The notes under the pieces: generated by a model | The model's database searches: none | What the model was told of the DNA's origin: nothing | The model's input: only the letters and a program-made list of their open reading frames with translations | Shown here: positions 35,409 to 48,070 of the stretch, one piece after another | Numbering within the stretch: the stretch's first letter is position 1 | How the letters are laid out: every line of letters starts with the position of its first letter | Translations under genes and position numbers: made by a program | Assembly: GCA_051942165.1 (NCBI GenBank) | Contig: JAVECS010000004.1 | Location: 1-63,396, forward strand | Length of the DNA stretch: 63,396 nt | From: Circinaria calcarea | Taxonomy: Eukaryota | Direction: 5' to 3'

Positions 35409-36156
35409 CGAAGCGTGCGGGATTTGTCAATTCTACCACATCAGTAAGAAAGGTTGAGAAAGAGATAACCGTAATTGCCGGATCAAAGGTGTTGGACCGG
35501 CTGACATGTGTAAATTGGGAAAAGGAGGAGTGTATTCATATACCATATTTGCAGCATGAAAACGGAAAGCGTTCTCTAAGTTGTTTAGAGACCTGTATTA
35601 TGTGCATATTGCATTGGTTTATTTTTCAACTTTACGTTAGTAGTGATTCCCTTAAGAGATCGTTGAGGAACACTCCTTGTACGATACCTGTCAGTTATCA
35701 TGCTTGTACATTTGGTATATTGATCGTGGGGTATCCATGGATTTAAATAGACACGCCCAGTCCAAGAAGTGTTGTCTTCTCCTCTGAATTAAATGAGTAT
35801 AGGGCGCTTTTGAGTGCATTATGATGAACCCGGGGTTAATATTGAAGGTGGTCTTGGATCTAATCAACCGCCAGAGCCAATCCCGACACGTTCCATCAAA
35901 TATTTCCGTTGTCCGGAGCGCTATCTGTGGAGTATATGATGGAGAGTGCAAAGCAATAGGCTCAAACGTAGAACTTCCATTCCCTCTCTCTCTCGGGTGG
36001 GGGGAAATAAAGTTTAGTCCGGCTGCCAAATCTAACGGTATCGAGGGCATGCAGGTTCTCAACCGCTAAAACATTCACCAAGCAGATATTATTTGACTCG
36101 TAGCCCGAGTCGGTACCGCATCTCACTCCTTTATGCTCGTAGATAAGTATGCGTGT

Positions 36157-37251
36157 TCATTTGCTCCTTTTGTAAATCTTCTTCAGGAAGCTTTCGAACA
36201 CCTCCTTTATCAAGCCTTCACTCTCATCTACCTTGTCGATCATAGCCCGTATCTCTGCGACACGCTTCTCCTCATAATCTCGGTATATCTCCTCGAGTTT
36301 CAAGTCTGCAAAGACTTCTTTGACCTTTGCCTCCTTCTGATCGTCCTTGCGGCCGTAGTTTTCGTCTAGTGTCTTCCGCTGCGAGGTAGAGGCACGTTGT
36401 AAAGCTTGATTAATCACCCATGAACATTTGTTGTCTTGAATGTCTGTGCCGATCTTGCCAATCATTTCAGGCGAACCATAAACATCCAAAAAGTCGTCTT
36501 GAGCTTGAAAATATTCCCCTAGGGGAATGAGGATATCTCTAGCTTGTTTCAAATTCGAAGGTGTTGCTCGTTGGAGGTAGTGCAATGCCAATGCGACGGG
36601 AAGGTAAAAAGAGTAGTAGGCGGTCTTGTGGATGACAATGAATTGGAACTTGTCCATGGAAAAATTGCTCAGGTCAACTACATCTTCCGGGGCAGTTAGG
36701 AGATCGCATGTTTGACCGATCTCGGTCTGGAGAGAAGTTTCGTGGAATAGCTCGACGATGTCAATGTAGGCAGGATGCTCGCGGAAATGGCGTTTGAGAA
36801 GGACGTAAATGGAGGATTCGAGCATGAACGCGTCGTTGATAGCGATCATGCCAACTTCCGAGACGCGGTACCAGCATGGTTGACCGCGCCGTGTGTGGGA
36901 GGAATCCATAATGTCATCGGAGACTAAGAAGAAAGCTTGGAGGAGCTCGGTGAGCCAACCGAGAGTGGAGACAGCGTGGAACTGAGAAGGGGAGAGGGGA
37001 GCGGAGAGAAGGATGGAAGCCGTGTCGAGGACGGAAATGCCCCGGTTGCATTTTCCACCTAACGTATTATGTTTGAGAGACTGAATGCAACGGTCAACAT
37101 CATGATAGGATTGTGATGCATAACTGGGTAGTTGTACTTTTTGATACCATTGGAGGGCATTGGAGGGCATGCCATATTGCTGAGCGTGTTCGGTTAAGTC
37201 TTGCACGAGAGAGGGGAAAACAGATTCAAATTCCTTGAGAGTATAAGGCAT
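36157..37251 (-). CDS. ERG20: Farnesyl diphosphate synthase
   Basis: [17 protein letters not shown] (first Asp-rich motif), [32 protein letters not shown]. The ORF reads through a 57-nt intron at 37081-37137. Confidence 0.97.
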   Translation of the reverse strand: MPYTLKEFESVFPSLVQDLTEHAQQYGMPSNALQWYQKVQLPSYASQSYHDVDRCIQSLKHNTLGGKCNRGISVLDTASILLSAPLSPSQFHAVSTLGWLTELLQAFFLVSDDIMDSSHTRRGQPCWYRVSEVGMIAINDAFMLESSIYVLLKRHFREHPAYIDIVELFHETSLQTEIGQTCDLLTAPEDVVDLSNFSMDKFQFIVIHKTAYYSFYLPVALALHYLQRATPSNLKQARDILIPLGEYFQAQDDFLDVYGSPEMIGKIGTDIQDNKCSWVINQALQRASTSQRKTLDENYGRKDDQKEAKVKEVFADLKLEEIYRDYEEKRVAEIRAMIDKVDESEGLIKEVFESFLKKIYKRSK

Positions 37252-37568
37252 CTCAATGAAGGGATGAAGCGGCCTGCGGGATGATAGATGAGTGAAGAAA
37301 TAAGAGTGACAATGAAGGTTTGACCTGGTACGGCAGATTCATCAGTTTATCATGGAGTGATGGAGGACCCTGAAGATCGCCAGTAGGGATTTCCAGATCT
37401 GATTAGATAGATCAGCACCAGGGATCCTCGCGTGCCGATCACGATCCGTCAAGGGTCAGACTTCTGTTAAGCGCGTCGGCCAGCTTTTGTGTCACGACAA
37501 ATCTTCTTGCGGCAATTGCAGCAGAGATCAACGGAGATGGAATACCTTTCATCGAACCTTTTGTGAGT

Positions 37569-39689
37569 ATGTCCGCCTTCAGCAGGCAGGATGCAGAGCA
37601 ACTACAGGCGAGTCTCCTGGATGCCACTGTCAAATGTTCCGAGCGATGTCTTTACCAGTCAGCCAAATGGTATGACCATCAGAGATACCACATCAAGCCT
37701 ACAGTAGGATGCTGAGACGTCTCCTCAAAATAGGGCGGCTGAATTAGCATCCTCTCTTCCGCTAGACTCGGATGTCTCTTCGGGCTCGGAAACAGATCCT
37801 GATTCGCCTATGGAAGATTCAGGACTACCGCATCCTCCACTGTCGAATATACATCCTGATCCAGTAGAAGCTCGCCTCGAAGCCCGTGAGCTGCCTAAGT
37901 ATTACCTAGCTAAATCGTACTTCGATTGTCGCGAATATGATCGCTGTGCTGCAGTATTCCTACCCTCGGATCTCCCCAAAGGGCCATTGTCTGCATCCTC
38001 TCCAAGTGCCACGAAGTGGAGCTCATTGAAGTCTGAGAAAGGCAAATCGAAGGGGCTTGGCATAGATGCTGCACCTGGCGTTGTCCCCCCCCGAAACACA
38101 CTTCCTCGGCTTAGTCAGAAGGCGCTTTTTCTGGCGCTTTACGCAAAATACATGGCCGGAGAGAAAAGGAAAAATGAAGCAAGCGAGATGGTCCTGGGAC
38201 CCGCTGACATGGGAGCAACGCCAAACAGAGAGTTAGTCAGCATTGTTAGGGGCCTGGAGGGATGGTTTGCTGGCCGAAGTTCTGATCAAAGTAGCGAAGG
38301 ATGGCTGGAATACCTCTACGGTATCGTTCTTGTCAAGGGGAAAAACGATGAAGATGCGAAGAAATGGCTCATGAAGAGTGTTCATAAATTCCAATTTAAT
38401 TGGGGCGCATGGCTTGAGTTAGCAGGTCTAATTGGCAGTGTCGAGGAGGTACGACTATTCTCTGGACCTTCCGCTCAAGGCTGACAAAATATCATGAAGC
38501 TTCGACAGCTCACCCCTGACCTACCACGGAACATTATGAGCATGTTCTTCAACATTCATGTGAACCAAGAACTCTCCCATGATATGGAGCATATGTTCCC
38601 CATGCTAAACGATCTTCTCGAAATATTCCCAAAGAGTCAGTTTTTAATGGCGGAAGCTGCTATGCTACATTATCATTCCGAAGGTCTGTTTCCGAAAGTA
38701 ACGTATCTCATAGGGTACAAGCTAACAGTGCTGTAGAACTTGACAAAGCCGATACTATCTTCACGCAAATTCTGCATGCCGATCCTCACCGTATTGACTG
38801 GCTTGATCAATACTCAAACATTCTATTTCTGCGGAGCAACAGACCTAAGTTGGCATTCGTCGCGCAGCTAGCCACTGCCACCGACAAATTTCGACCCGAG
38901 ACTTGTTGCGTAGTGGGTAATTATTACGCATTGAAATCAGAGCACGAGAAAGCTGTAGTATACTTCCGTCGCGCCTTAACGCTTGATCGAAACTGTCTAT
39001 CGGCATGGATCCTCATGGGACATGAGTATGTCGAGTTGAAAAACACCCATGCTGCCATCGAAAGTTACAGACGAGCTGTTGACATCAATCGAAAGGATCA
39101 CCGAGCATGGTACGGCCTCGGCCAGACATATGAGATACTTGAAATGTACCTTTACGCATTGTTTTACTTCCAGCGCGCTGCTAGTCTGAGGCCACTGAAT
39201 CCTAAAATGTGGCAAGCTGTGGCAAGCTGCTATAGCAAAGTGGGAAGACTGAAACAAAGCATCAAGGCTTATAAGAGGTCACTTAGAGCAGGATCTTTTT
39301 ACGACACCGGTGGCTCGTTTGCATCGAGTATATCAAATGCAGATCCGCTAACTGGATGCATGGATGTGGAGACGCTGTACCAAATTGCACTCCTGTATGA
39401 GAGAATGGATGATACCAACCAGGCTCAAGCATACATGGAGTTGACCATAGCTCAGGAAGAAAGTCCGGATGGAGACGACGGTGATGAAGGCTCCAAGCGT
39501 CCGGGGGCCGGCCCTACTGCTATTACTTCGAAAGCAAGATTATGGCTGGCGTATCACGAGATCCATTCGGGCGGGTTTAAGAGAGCAAGGATCCTAGTGG
39601 AGGAATTGCTGCAGGATGGGATGGAGATTGAGGAGGCGAAGGCTTTGATTCGGGATCTGGAAGCTAGAGACGAACCGGAAAAGGTGTGA
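37569..39689 (+). CDS. CDC23: Anaphase-promoting complex subunit 8 (TPR)
   Basis: CSERCLYQSAKW, YYLAKSYFDCREYDRCA, DKFRPETCCVVGNYY, WILMGHEYVELKNTHAAIESYRRAVD. Confidence 0.96.
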
Positions 39690-40728
39690 ATCACACTGAA
39701 TCTAATTATTTTTCGGATATTGGACATCTACGCCATGGCGTATGATTACCCGCTGAAGAGTCAGCCTGCTAGTCCGACGAAAAATACTTGATGGCTATCT
39801 AGGCTGCTTGCGAAACACTGTTTACAAGTTTGGTAGCCCGCAGGTGAGAGGACATCATGATTGTTCCTTGATTACACTAGCGAAAACTGACGATTTTTTA
39901 AGGTATATCGATATGTCACTCCTGCTGGGGGGCTGGACACTCCAGCAAAGCTCATTCTCCGTCGTACAGGTCACACCCAATGAGCCTGATCCGGTCCTCA
40001 AGGTACAGCTCCTACCTCACTAGCCCATTTCGAGCATATGTTGGTCGTCTAGGAGTATGCAGCAGGTTACTGGACGGATATAGAGCCTTGAGTTCTTATA
40101 AGGTAGTTTTGAGCTTTTATCCTCCCCAGTCGCAATGATATGCAACCTGCTGCGGACCTAAACATACATAGGCTGAGCTTAGGGCGAAGCATGGCATGTT
40201 TTAGCCGGTGATCATACTTGCGAGGTCAGCTCATGTCGAGACTTGCGGGAACGATGCCTTGATTGATGTTCATCTCCTGATGACTTTGGAGACCTATACG
40301 AGCTTTGACCTTGACTCGTATACCTCGACTTTGTACAAGCGTAACCAAAATACAGTGGATAGCGCGGTTCAGATCAACCACCACAGCATCGATCGCCGCA
40401 TATGGAGTGGAGCCTTACATATTCTCTTTAACGCCGAGATAATTTCCATTTTATAAGTATTCATAAAAGCGAACAACGCCATAATATTGAAAATATGGCG
40501 TGGCGTGACTTAAGCAATGCATTAAGGCAGGAATCAATACGTACGCAACAGTGTATATTGTATGTGATGTGTGTTGTAAACTATATACAGTATGCTTGGC
40601 TCTCCATTCAACACATAAGAAAATACTTTCGCAGCGTTTAGTTCAGTCAATTTAGTTCGGTTACATATTCCGCATCAACTGCTCATAATGCTCGTTGCCG
40701 AGGGTTAGTCGTCATTGCGCCCTTACTC

Positions 40729-41340
40729 TTACTCTTGCGCTTCGCATTGGCCCCCCCAGCCCAGTAGCATGTCGGGTGGACAGCGTCTGCAGTATTGCAA
40801 TCGCAGTTTGGTCGCATCCGCATTTCCCCCAGCAGCACGATAGCAGTCAGCATTGGTCCTGCAGCCGCCAGAGCACGAGTTACATCGGTTGTCTTGCTCG
40901 AAAGGTGAGTGTGCATGCAGGTCCCGCATCTCAATCACGGAACGGGGGAACATTTTAGGATGGGAGTTCGAGAAGGGCCCGGGGTGGACGTCGTGGCCGT
41001 TAATACCTTGATAGTTACGCTCGAGATGGTCTCGTTCTTGTGGGCGGTTGCTGGCGGTGAAGGCCACATATCGGTTTATCTGGGCCGGAGACAGAGCAAT
41101 GGCATCAACGACGTCCTAACGGGCTTGAAGATGGTGCTCATCGCGCTCGGCGATTGCAGGAAGGCGGAGTTTGAGGTACTGGAGAATAAGGTCGTCGCCA
41201 GGGTGCCTGAGGCCCATTGGGTCTCGGGCTTCGAGCCGAGCCCAGGGGTCCAGTTCCGTAGACGTATTGATCTTGACCTTTGCAGCTACGGATATATATA
41301 CGAAGGAGTTCGTGTTTATTGTGCGGCCCGCAGATTCTGG
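40729..41340 (-). pseudogene. Broken paralog of the neighbouring small protein, with Cys-rich C-terminal tail
   Basis: ORFs 41116-41385 and 40729-41067 are in the same frame, separated by a single TAG at 41116-41118. The read-through product aligns with the 41819-42142 protein. The upstream exon does not splice in frame. Confidence 0.65.
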
Positions 41341-41692
41341 TGAGAACTTATCACTTAAAAAATACGAACTCCTTTGTATACTCACAGCTTCTGCTTCTCC
41401 TTCTGCAGATTCGTAGTCTCTGGCCTGGGCATCGCGAGTATTGAGGCTGGCTTTATGGATGCGGCGTAGTGCTGATGCAGTAGTGAAGTGATGGGAATAG
41501 GGGTTACAGTAGCCTTTGGTGGGCCCGTATGCGTCTCGGACCCTCGGTTATCGGAGTCTCTGGGTTAATAAAATATTCCCTTCGGTTCTACAACACTCTA
41601 TTTCCCACTTCATCACAAGTTACTTACAGTACAATCGGCCTTTCACACTGCCAGCAAGCTTGCTTATCCCCACAAGTCTTCCGTCTTCAGAA

Positions 41693-42142
41693 ATGTCTAG
41701 GAATCATTCCCTTGATCTAGTGCCCCCGCTCAATCCTATCTCCATGCTACTTTAGCTCATACTCGTACAGTCAAACTCGAACGTCCTGCCAACGAACATT
41801 GCGACTGTTCAGCGAAGTATGAAGGCCCATCCAGACGGCCTCTTCCATCTCGCCCACGATGGCGTTCTCCGTAGTTACGATGGTGACCGTCATGTCATTG
41901 ACTATCGGCAACTCAGTCCAGAGCTAATTGCTGCGTACCTCAAGACCGTCCCAAACCAGGAGCTGATACAATATGACGAGTGGGCAGGTGTGGATGGGAG
42001 ACAGGTTACCGACGAGAAAGCATTGTGGGATCCCCCCCCCCACAATAGGCAGCCTATGCGGTTTGATGATAATGGCAGTCATCCAGACGTGAAAAGCGAA
42101 GGAGAAGGCGGGGAAGAAAAGGGCATTACGGGATCAGCTTGA
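41693..42142 (+). CDS. Small hypothetical protein of an uncharacterised fungal family
   Basis: KAHPDGLFHLAHDGVLRSYDGDRHVIDYRQLSPELI...WAGVDGRQVTDEKALWDPP. Probable short first exon from ATG 41693 to acceptor 41770; alternatively starts at 41819. Confidence 0.75.
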
Positions 42143-42541
42143 AAGGCTTGGCGGCGGAATTTGCTAGATGCTCTCATGGATTACTCGACGAGGTAGTACT
42201 TAGCTATTTGGGGCACTGAGTCCCGGACTGCCACATATTCGATCCAATGTTTTGTAGATTTTAAAACCTTTATCCACATGAGTTTTATATCGCGTTTATT
42301 TTCGTGTTTGTATTTTGAATTTCCCAAAGCTTGTGATAGAAGGAGCTACCACGTTAATCATACGGAACATGCAGATACGAGCTAGGCGCTCGGCTCGCGC
42401 TAAATCCGAAAATTGGAAGCTGGAGCCTTGTGAACTCTGCCGTAAAGTATATATATAGCCACTATGTCTCCCTGTCCCTTCAGTTTCAATTGTAACTTCG
42501 TTTATCCACTCGTTTTAGAGACCTGAGTTCTACACACACAA

Positions 42542-43291
42542 ATGTTATTATCTCTCTCTCTTGTTCTTGCGTTCATTTCCTCTGCAACGCATGCTGCGTT
42601 GAATGGTATTGTTGCAGTTAACACTGACGCGACGTCAACAGACGCGACGTCAATATGCCAGCAGGGTCAGAATTTGACCTTGGCGCCCGACGCGTGTGTT
42701 AGTGCTCCAACAACCCGAGAAATTGATATCAACTCCTTCGATCCCGACGCGTTCCACGTCCTTTCAATCGCAGAGTTTGCTCTTTGCAACAATGGCAGCA
42801 GTGCAAATTTCATCATTTATGATGATAAGAATTGTCGGGATGTGCAGAGAATTTATGGAGCAAACGATAATCTCCAAGATGGGACAGGCTATGTCGGTCT
42901 ATGCTTGGTACTTTTAGAGTTCCGCTCGGTTGCGTTCGTGTGTGAAGGTGGAACCGTCAGTACCAGTCGGAGCACAACTGTCGGCGTCTTGAACACTGTC
43001 ATCGCAGCAACGACCTTGTCTTTCAGCGCCTCAAGTTCAACCACGCCTGTGGTATCCCCAACACCATCCTTTAGCACATCCACCTCCGCTTCTTTGTCTT
43101 CAGCCTCACGAGTCAGCGCGTCTGCCTCTTTACCCTCGTATACCAACTCGTCGACGATCGCAACAGCCACCCAACCTCCTTCTACTACAAGCCTATCAGT
43201 CCCCGTTTCCACCGGTGGTGGAATGTCACCTGAAGTTACTTTGAAGATTGGAATGCTGGTTCTTCTTGCTGCAATGCTGCTATACACATAG
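42542..43291 (+). CDS. Secreted Ser/Thr-rich, probably GPI-anchored cell-surface protein
   Basis: Signal peptide MLLSLSLVLAFISSATHA, 6-Cys globular domain, S/T-rich stalk, hydrophobic C-terminus; TATA-like box near 42447. Confidence 0.85.
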   Translation: MLLSLSLVLAFISSATHAALNGIVAVNTDATSTDATSICQQGQNLTLAPDACVSAPTTREIDINSFDPDAFHVLSIAEFALCNNGSSANFIIYDDKNCRDVQRIYGANDNLQDGTGYVGLCLVLLEFRSVAFVCEGGTVSTSRSTTVGVLNTVIAATTLSFSASSSTTPVVSPTPSFSTSTSASLSSASRVSASASLPSYTNSSTIATATQPPSTTSLSVPVSTGGGMSPEVTLKIGMLVLLAAMLLYT

Positions 43292-44198
43292 TACTGGATA
43301 ATGATTCGCATACTAATATGCATACCGCGGAAAACAGTTCAGAACCGTCCTTTGGCCGAAATTACGGGGGTTAAGTTGAATTTTGATGGGGTTACATTCG
43401 GAGTAGGTTCCTGCGGGCTCGACCTTCATGTCTGGACTTTTGTTTTCGGCCTTTTGGTGCTGTGTCCTCGAGGTATAAAGTAACGGGGTCATCGTGGTTG
43501 TCTAATAGCCAAAGCTCAACCGCCAAATATATTATATGTATGTTAAGAGCGTTGTTTCTGGGTTTGAGTATTTCTAGGTCGGAGCTGCAGAAGACGTCCA
43601 CCATTACTGTTTACTCGGTAGTTCTTGGGCAAGCAGACTTTTGATAATTAATCTCGGATGCGACATAATTCGTGCCTCTTTCGTAGACTTGGGTATGCAC
43701 ATATTGTGCGCTACCCGTACTCAGGAATGACTAGAATAGGATTCAAGTAAACATGCTTCCACCCGCGCGATGCGCGATGCGCGATACAAGATAGGCGGTG
43801 GAACACCTATAATAAGTACTCTCCTTACCTTTTGATCATTTTCCATGACAAGATTCGAGAGTTAAGGTGAGCTGCCGTAGCACAACCCTCCAACATAGGT
43901 GACAGGGAGTCGAAAAGCAGCAACGTCTATTCTCTAGATCCCGAGGGCAGGAAACGTGCGCACTCCTGTCATCCTTCCCGATTCCCCGTCCCCTGTTTTT
44001 GCCCCCCGTTTCCTCCCTGACTTCTCTCAAATCACCCTCTGCCTCCGCCATCAGCCAATCCCTCCTCCCCGACATGCCGCCTTCGCACCCAAACCCATTC
44101 TTGATATCTAACCTGCATCCGAAGAAGCCCATTTCTACTTGATTCTTTATATAAAAATCGATTTAGGTTCTACCGAGTGGATATTTAGGCTAGCAAAT

Positions 44199-45141
44199 AT
44201 GGATTTTACCTTTAAGGAATCAAAGATGAATCCTCGCGAACGAGCACTCTGGGATGCCAATATTAAGCTACAGGATTGCATCACGTCCGGTAACCTGACT
44301 GAAAAAGATACTGTCCTCTCCCCATTCCGAGACTCAGCAACTCCAGGGCTACTAGTACCCGATGCCCGGAAGGACCTGCAGGTTGGTACGGTGGTTGCGA
44401 TGGAGACGGGTCAAATTTCCTTGGCACAGAGTCTCTTGGGCCAAGGTATCCGGGTTGACGTGCGCTGTATCTGCCCTGCGATCGCTAATGCTCTAGAGAC
44501 GGGAAGCACATTTATACTGGAGATGCTGCTTGAGCATGGCTGGGAGATTGAGCAAGCGTTCAACGCCGTTGGTGACACGACCCGGAAGTAAGTGTGGGGT
44601 TTTTATTACTTGACAACACATGGTTTTAGTTCCTTTCTTGACAGCCTACAGATCTTTATTTCACAACGAATCACTTGTGAAGTGGCTCCTCTCACACGGT
44701 GCACACCCAAGCGCTGTCTATTGGACCGGGATGGTACCTGTCGAAGCCACTGCCCAAAATGCTCTGCTCCCTATGGTGAGGCTCTTGGCGAGTAGCGGCG
44801 GGCGCGTCCAATCTACAGATGCAATCATAAAAGCTTCGATTGGGCACGCGGAAGACGAGCCAGACAGGCTCGAAGTAGTGAGATGTCTCGTCGGATGTGG
44901 CGCACCTATCGACGCCTATAACATACAGTTCTCTGACTTTAGCAGATATATGTCCTTGATCTCGATCAAGGGAAAGCTGACCGCTCTTCACCATGCTGCA
45001 AGAGCAGGTAAGGCAGATATGGTAGCCCTCTTAATGCACATGGGGGCAAATAGAAACCTCATGACCTTTGCGGAGAAAACTGCACTGGAGCTTGCGATCG
45101 AGAATGGCCATGGAGAAGCTGCTTCTTTGCTGCGAATTTGA
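44199..45141 (+). CDS. Ankyrin repeat protein, 2 exons
   Basis: LVKWLLSHGAHP, TALHHAARAGKADMVALLMHMGAN, TALELAIENGHGEAASLL; intron about 44588-44651. Confidence 0.88.
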
Positions 45142-46702
45142 GTCCATAAAAAGTTCTTTCATCAAGACTTCTCCTATGGTAAAAGGTGAGTAAGCCACGA
45201 AAGCCACTTGTGCGAGAACGAGACATACCGTTGATATTCGGGATTACCAAGGTATGAATTTGCGACGCTGAGTCCACCGGTCAAGACCGCGGTAAAGTAA
45301 GTGAGCTTCATAGTGTTGATGAGTGCAGCGATGGGATATTTCCAAGGTTAGAGTGAAATGAGGTTGGAGAATATTGAAGGAGTAAATAGATGGGCCTTAA
45401 CCAGCAAGGAATAAAACATTCAGAGTAAAGACGATGATGCAAAAGATTGACAGAGATATCTGCCCTATTTATCCTCTCAGCAGAACCTGTTCAGCTCGTC
45501 CGAAAAGCAACAGCCAACCGAGATGATCTGCCTCATTGGCATATAATAACATCCGTTCTCTTCATCCCAACGAATACAGCCATTCAAGACGACAAACCGT
45601 CTTTAAATCTTGCCGGCACCGCTCATACTACCAACTAGATAAACAATGCGCCGTACCCTATAAAGAAGCAGCCAGGTTGGTGACTACGCCGTGTCACCAA
45701 CGTATCCTTTACGGCCGGGTCAGAACAACATTTCATTTGCTATTTCGATTCCGTGGGCGAGAAAAAGGTTGGCTTTAGAACTCGTAAGTAGGCATGCGGC
45801 AGCTGCGGCGGCGGCGGCGCGGCCTCATACTTTGAAACAAGGCACTCTCGCAGCTTGTATCTCCAATCGCTTAGCCGGGACATTGTGGGTTACGTGTTGA
45901 GAAATGAGCTATGTTTGAAACCAAAATTGTGATATTCGTTCGTCGAGGTCTATATCGGAAGTAATCCGGACAGTTGGCTTTCGCAGAGGAGGATGTTTGC
46001 ACTTCCAGGGGAGCCAGCCGGATTGGAAGTAAAGAGTGTTTCTGATTACATATATGGCCATGAAACGCAAGAAAACTGGGAATCTCTTTCATTCTGCCAT
46101 ACACAGACTTGAGATCGGCGGAGCAGGTGAATGACCAGCAGCGATTACCAGCTGTTGTGTAATTTTAGCCCTTTTTGCTCTTTGCACATATGAGAAGGCG
46201 CCACTCCCTCCCCTACCGCTACGATCAACTCATTTGTTCTCTGTCAGTAAAGGCAGTTAAGCTATCGAGGTTAGGGAAGATCACCAGACCAGTCACTTAT
46301 TTATTCGTAACATGACATCCATCTTCGTCCCATCAATTTACGCTTAATATCTCCGTTCTTCTGGTAACTTGACGTCGTGGGACAGGAAACCATCGAGCTT
46401 CCCTTATTATGTACGGGGCTCGTTATTGACGAGGGAGGTATATTCCTCTCCGCCGTAAGCGCCTCGGGCCGAGCAGCGGTTAATTTATGCATCTCTTCAT
46501 AAATCATCGGCCTTAATTGCCCCGACTGCGCTTTGTCATGCTCGCGATGCATTAACGTGCACAGCTCTGAATCCTTTTGAATAAGCTACCTACCTGCCTT
46601 GTCCATCGTTCTCTATATAAACCGCTTTCCTCGCAGCTATGCTGACTCGTCTGCTCCATCTGTGCTCTAGTAGCATCTTACACATACGACATCTCCCTCA
46701 CA

Positions 46703-47691
46703 ATGGCTCCTTGCGCCGGTCAGACGTTCAGCATCGAGAAGGACATTCCTGATCTCTCTGGCAAGGTCATATTCATCACCGGAGGTTCTTTGTCCCTCTT
46801 ATTCAAATGTTGCACGCCAATCACTTACCTTAGCGCGCAGGAACCACCGGTTTGGGCAAGGAATCGGTTCTTGCTCTTGCAAAGCACCACCCCGAACACA
46901 TTTACTTTAGTGGACGTGACTTCACGAGGGCAGCTGCCGTTGTCGACGAGGTCAAGGCTACAGTGCCCAATGCAAACGTTACGTTCGTTCAATGTGACCT
47001 AGCGTCCCTTGCTTCCGTCGAGCAGGCGGCTAAGCAATTCCTTTCCGAATCGCAACGCCTCGATATTCTCATGTGCAATGCGGGCGTCATGGCACTTCCG
47101 CCTGGCCTGACTGCCGACGGGTACGAAATGCAGTTCGGCACGAACCATGTCGGGCACGCTTTGCTCACCAAGCTTTTCCTCCCGACTCTCCTCCGAACTG
47201 CGGAAGCGCCCAACTCCGATGTACGAATCGTGTTCCTTACCTCACTCGGATTCCGCGGCCACCCTGCGGGTGGAGTTGTGTTCAAAGATCTCCGCACCAC
47301 TCAGAATTTCGGAACAGTCGGCCATTGGATACGCTACGGGCAAAGTAAACTGGCCAACATCATCTACCCTGCGGAGCTGGCACGACGGTACCCAAGCATC
47401 ACCTCCGTCTCCGTGCATCCTGGCGTCGTGACTACAAGTCTTGTTGGCAATCTCGGGTTCCTGAACAAGGCGTTGGTTTATGCAACAAATCTAGGTAGAA
47501 TGAAGGCGCCGGCGGAGGGTATATTGAATCAGCTCTGGGCGGCTACTGCAGAAAAGGCGAAGGTCATCAACGGAGAATTCTACGAGCCGGTTGGGATGTT
47601 GGGAGGTCACGACAAAGAATCGAAGAGTGAGAAGCTCGCGGCGGAGCTATGGGATTGGACGCAAAAGGAGCTGGAAAACTACACTGCTTAA
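46703..47691 (+). CDS. Short-chain dehydrogenase/reductase (retinol dehydrogenase/WWOX-like)
   Basis: IPDLSGKVIFITGGTTGLG after splicing, LMCNAGVM, QFGTNHVGH, catalytic YGQSK, SVHPGVV. Confidence 0.95.
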
Positions 47692-48070
47692 ACGGCTGGA
47701 GTGGACGGAAGGTTGAGCGAAGCCGCTTGGCCCAACGTTGGTACACTTGTATGAAATCTCGGGGTATATTGGATATTTCAGCAATTCAACTGGTTACCAG
47801 GGCACAACAAGGGACAGACGTGGGCCAAAGCAGTGCATAAGTATCAAGAAGTCGGAAGTATCTTAATTGAAGAGCCTACATTTCATTCGGCCGTGATTCA
47901 TCATTACAGTTCTACCAACAAAGGATGATTTTAGTTGGGGGATCCCGCCAAGGCTCATCAATGACACATCCTACTCTTTCATTTTGCCTAGCAATTTGCC
48001 GAGCCCCTTTTTTTATTGCTGCTCTTTTTCTTTAGAACTTTATTGTGCCCTTTACCATTTGCTGACTTCG

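Noticed and set aside
37081..37137. Stop-free 3n introns (also 52117-52203 in the P450 and 62682-62738 in TRK) suggesting retained-intron isoforms
   Set aside because: A few such cases are expected by chance among dozens of short introns, and the insertions would interrupt conserved domains.
39808..40456. Coding-like fragments downstream of CDC23
   Set aside because: Could not be assembled into a recognisable protein.
42624..42652. 15-bp tandem duplication encoding TDATS twice
   Set aside because: Ordinary in-frame micro-duplication in a low-complexity secreted protein.
45679..45704. 9-bp hairpin GTTGGTGAC...GTCACCAAC as a possible ncRNA
   Set aside because: Isolated short stem; no tRNA, snRNA or 5S signatures nearby.
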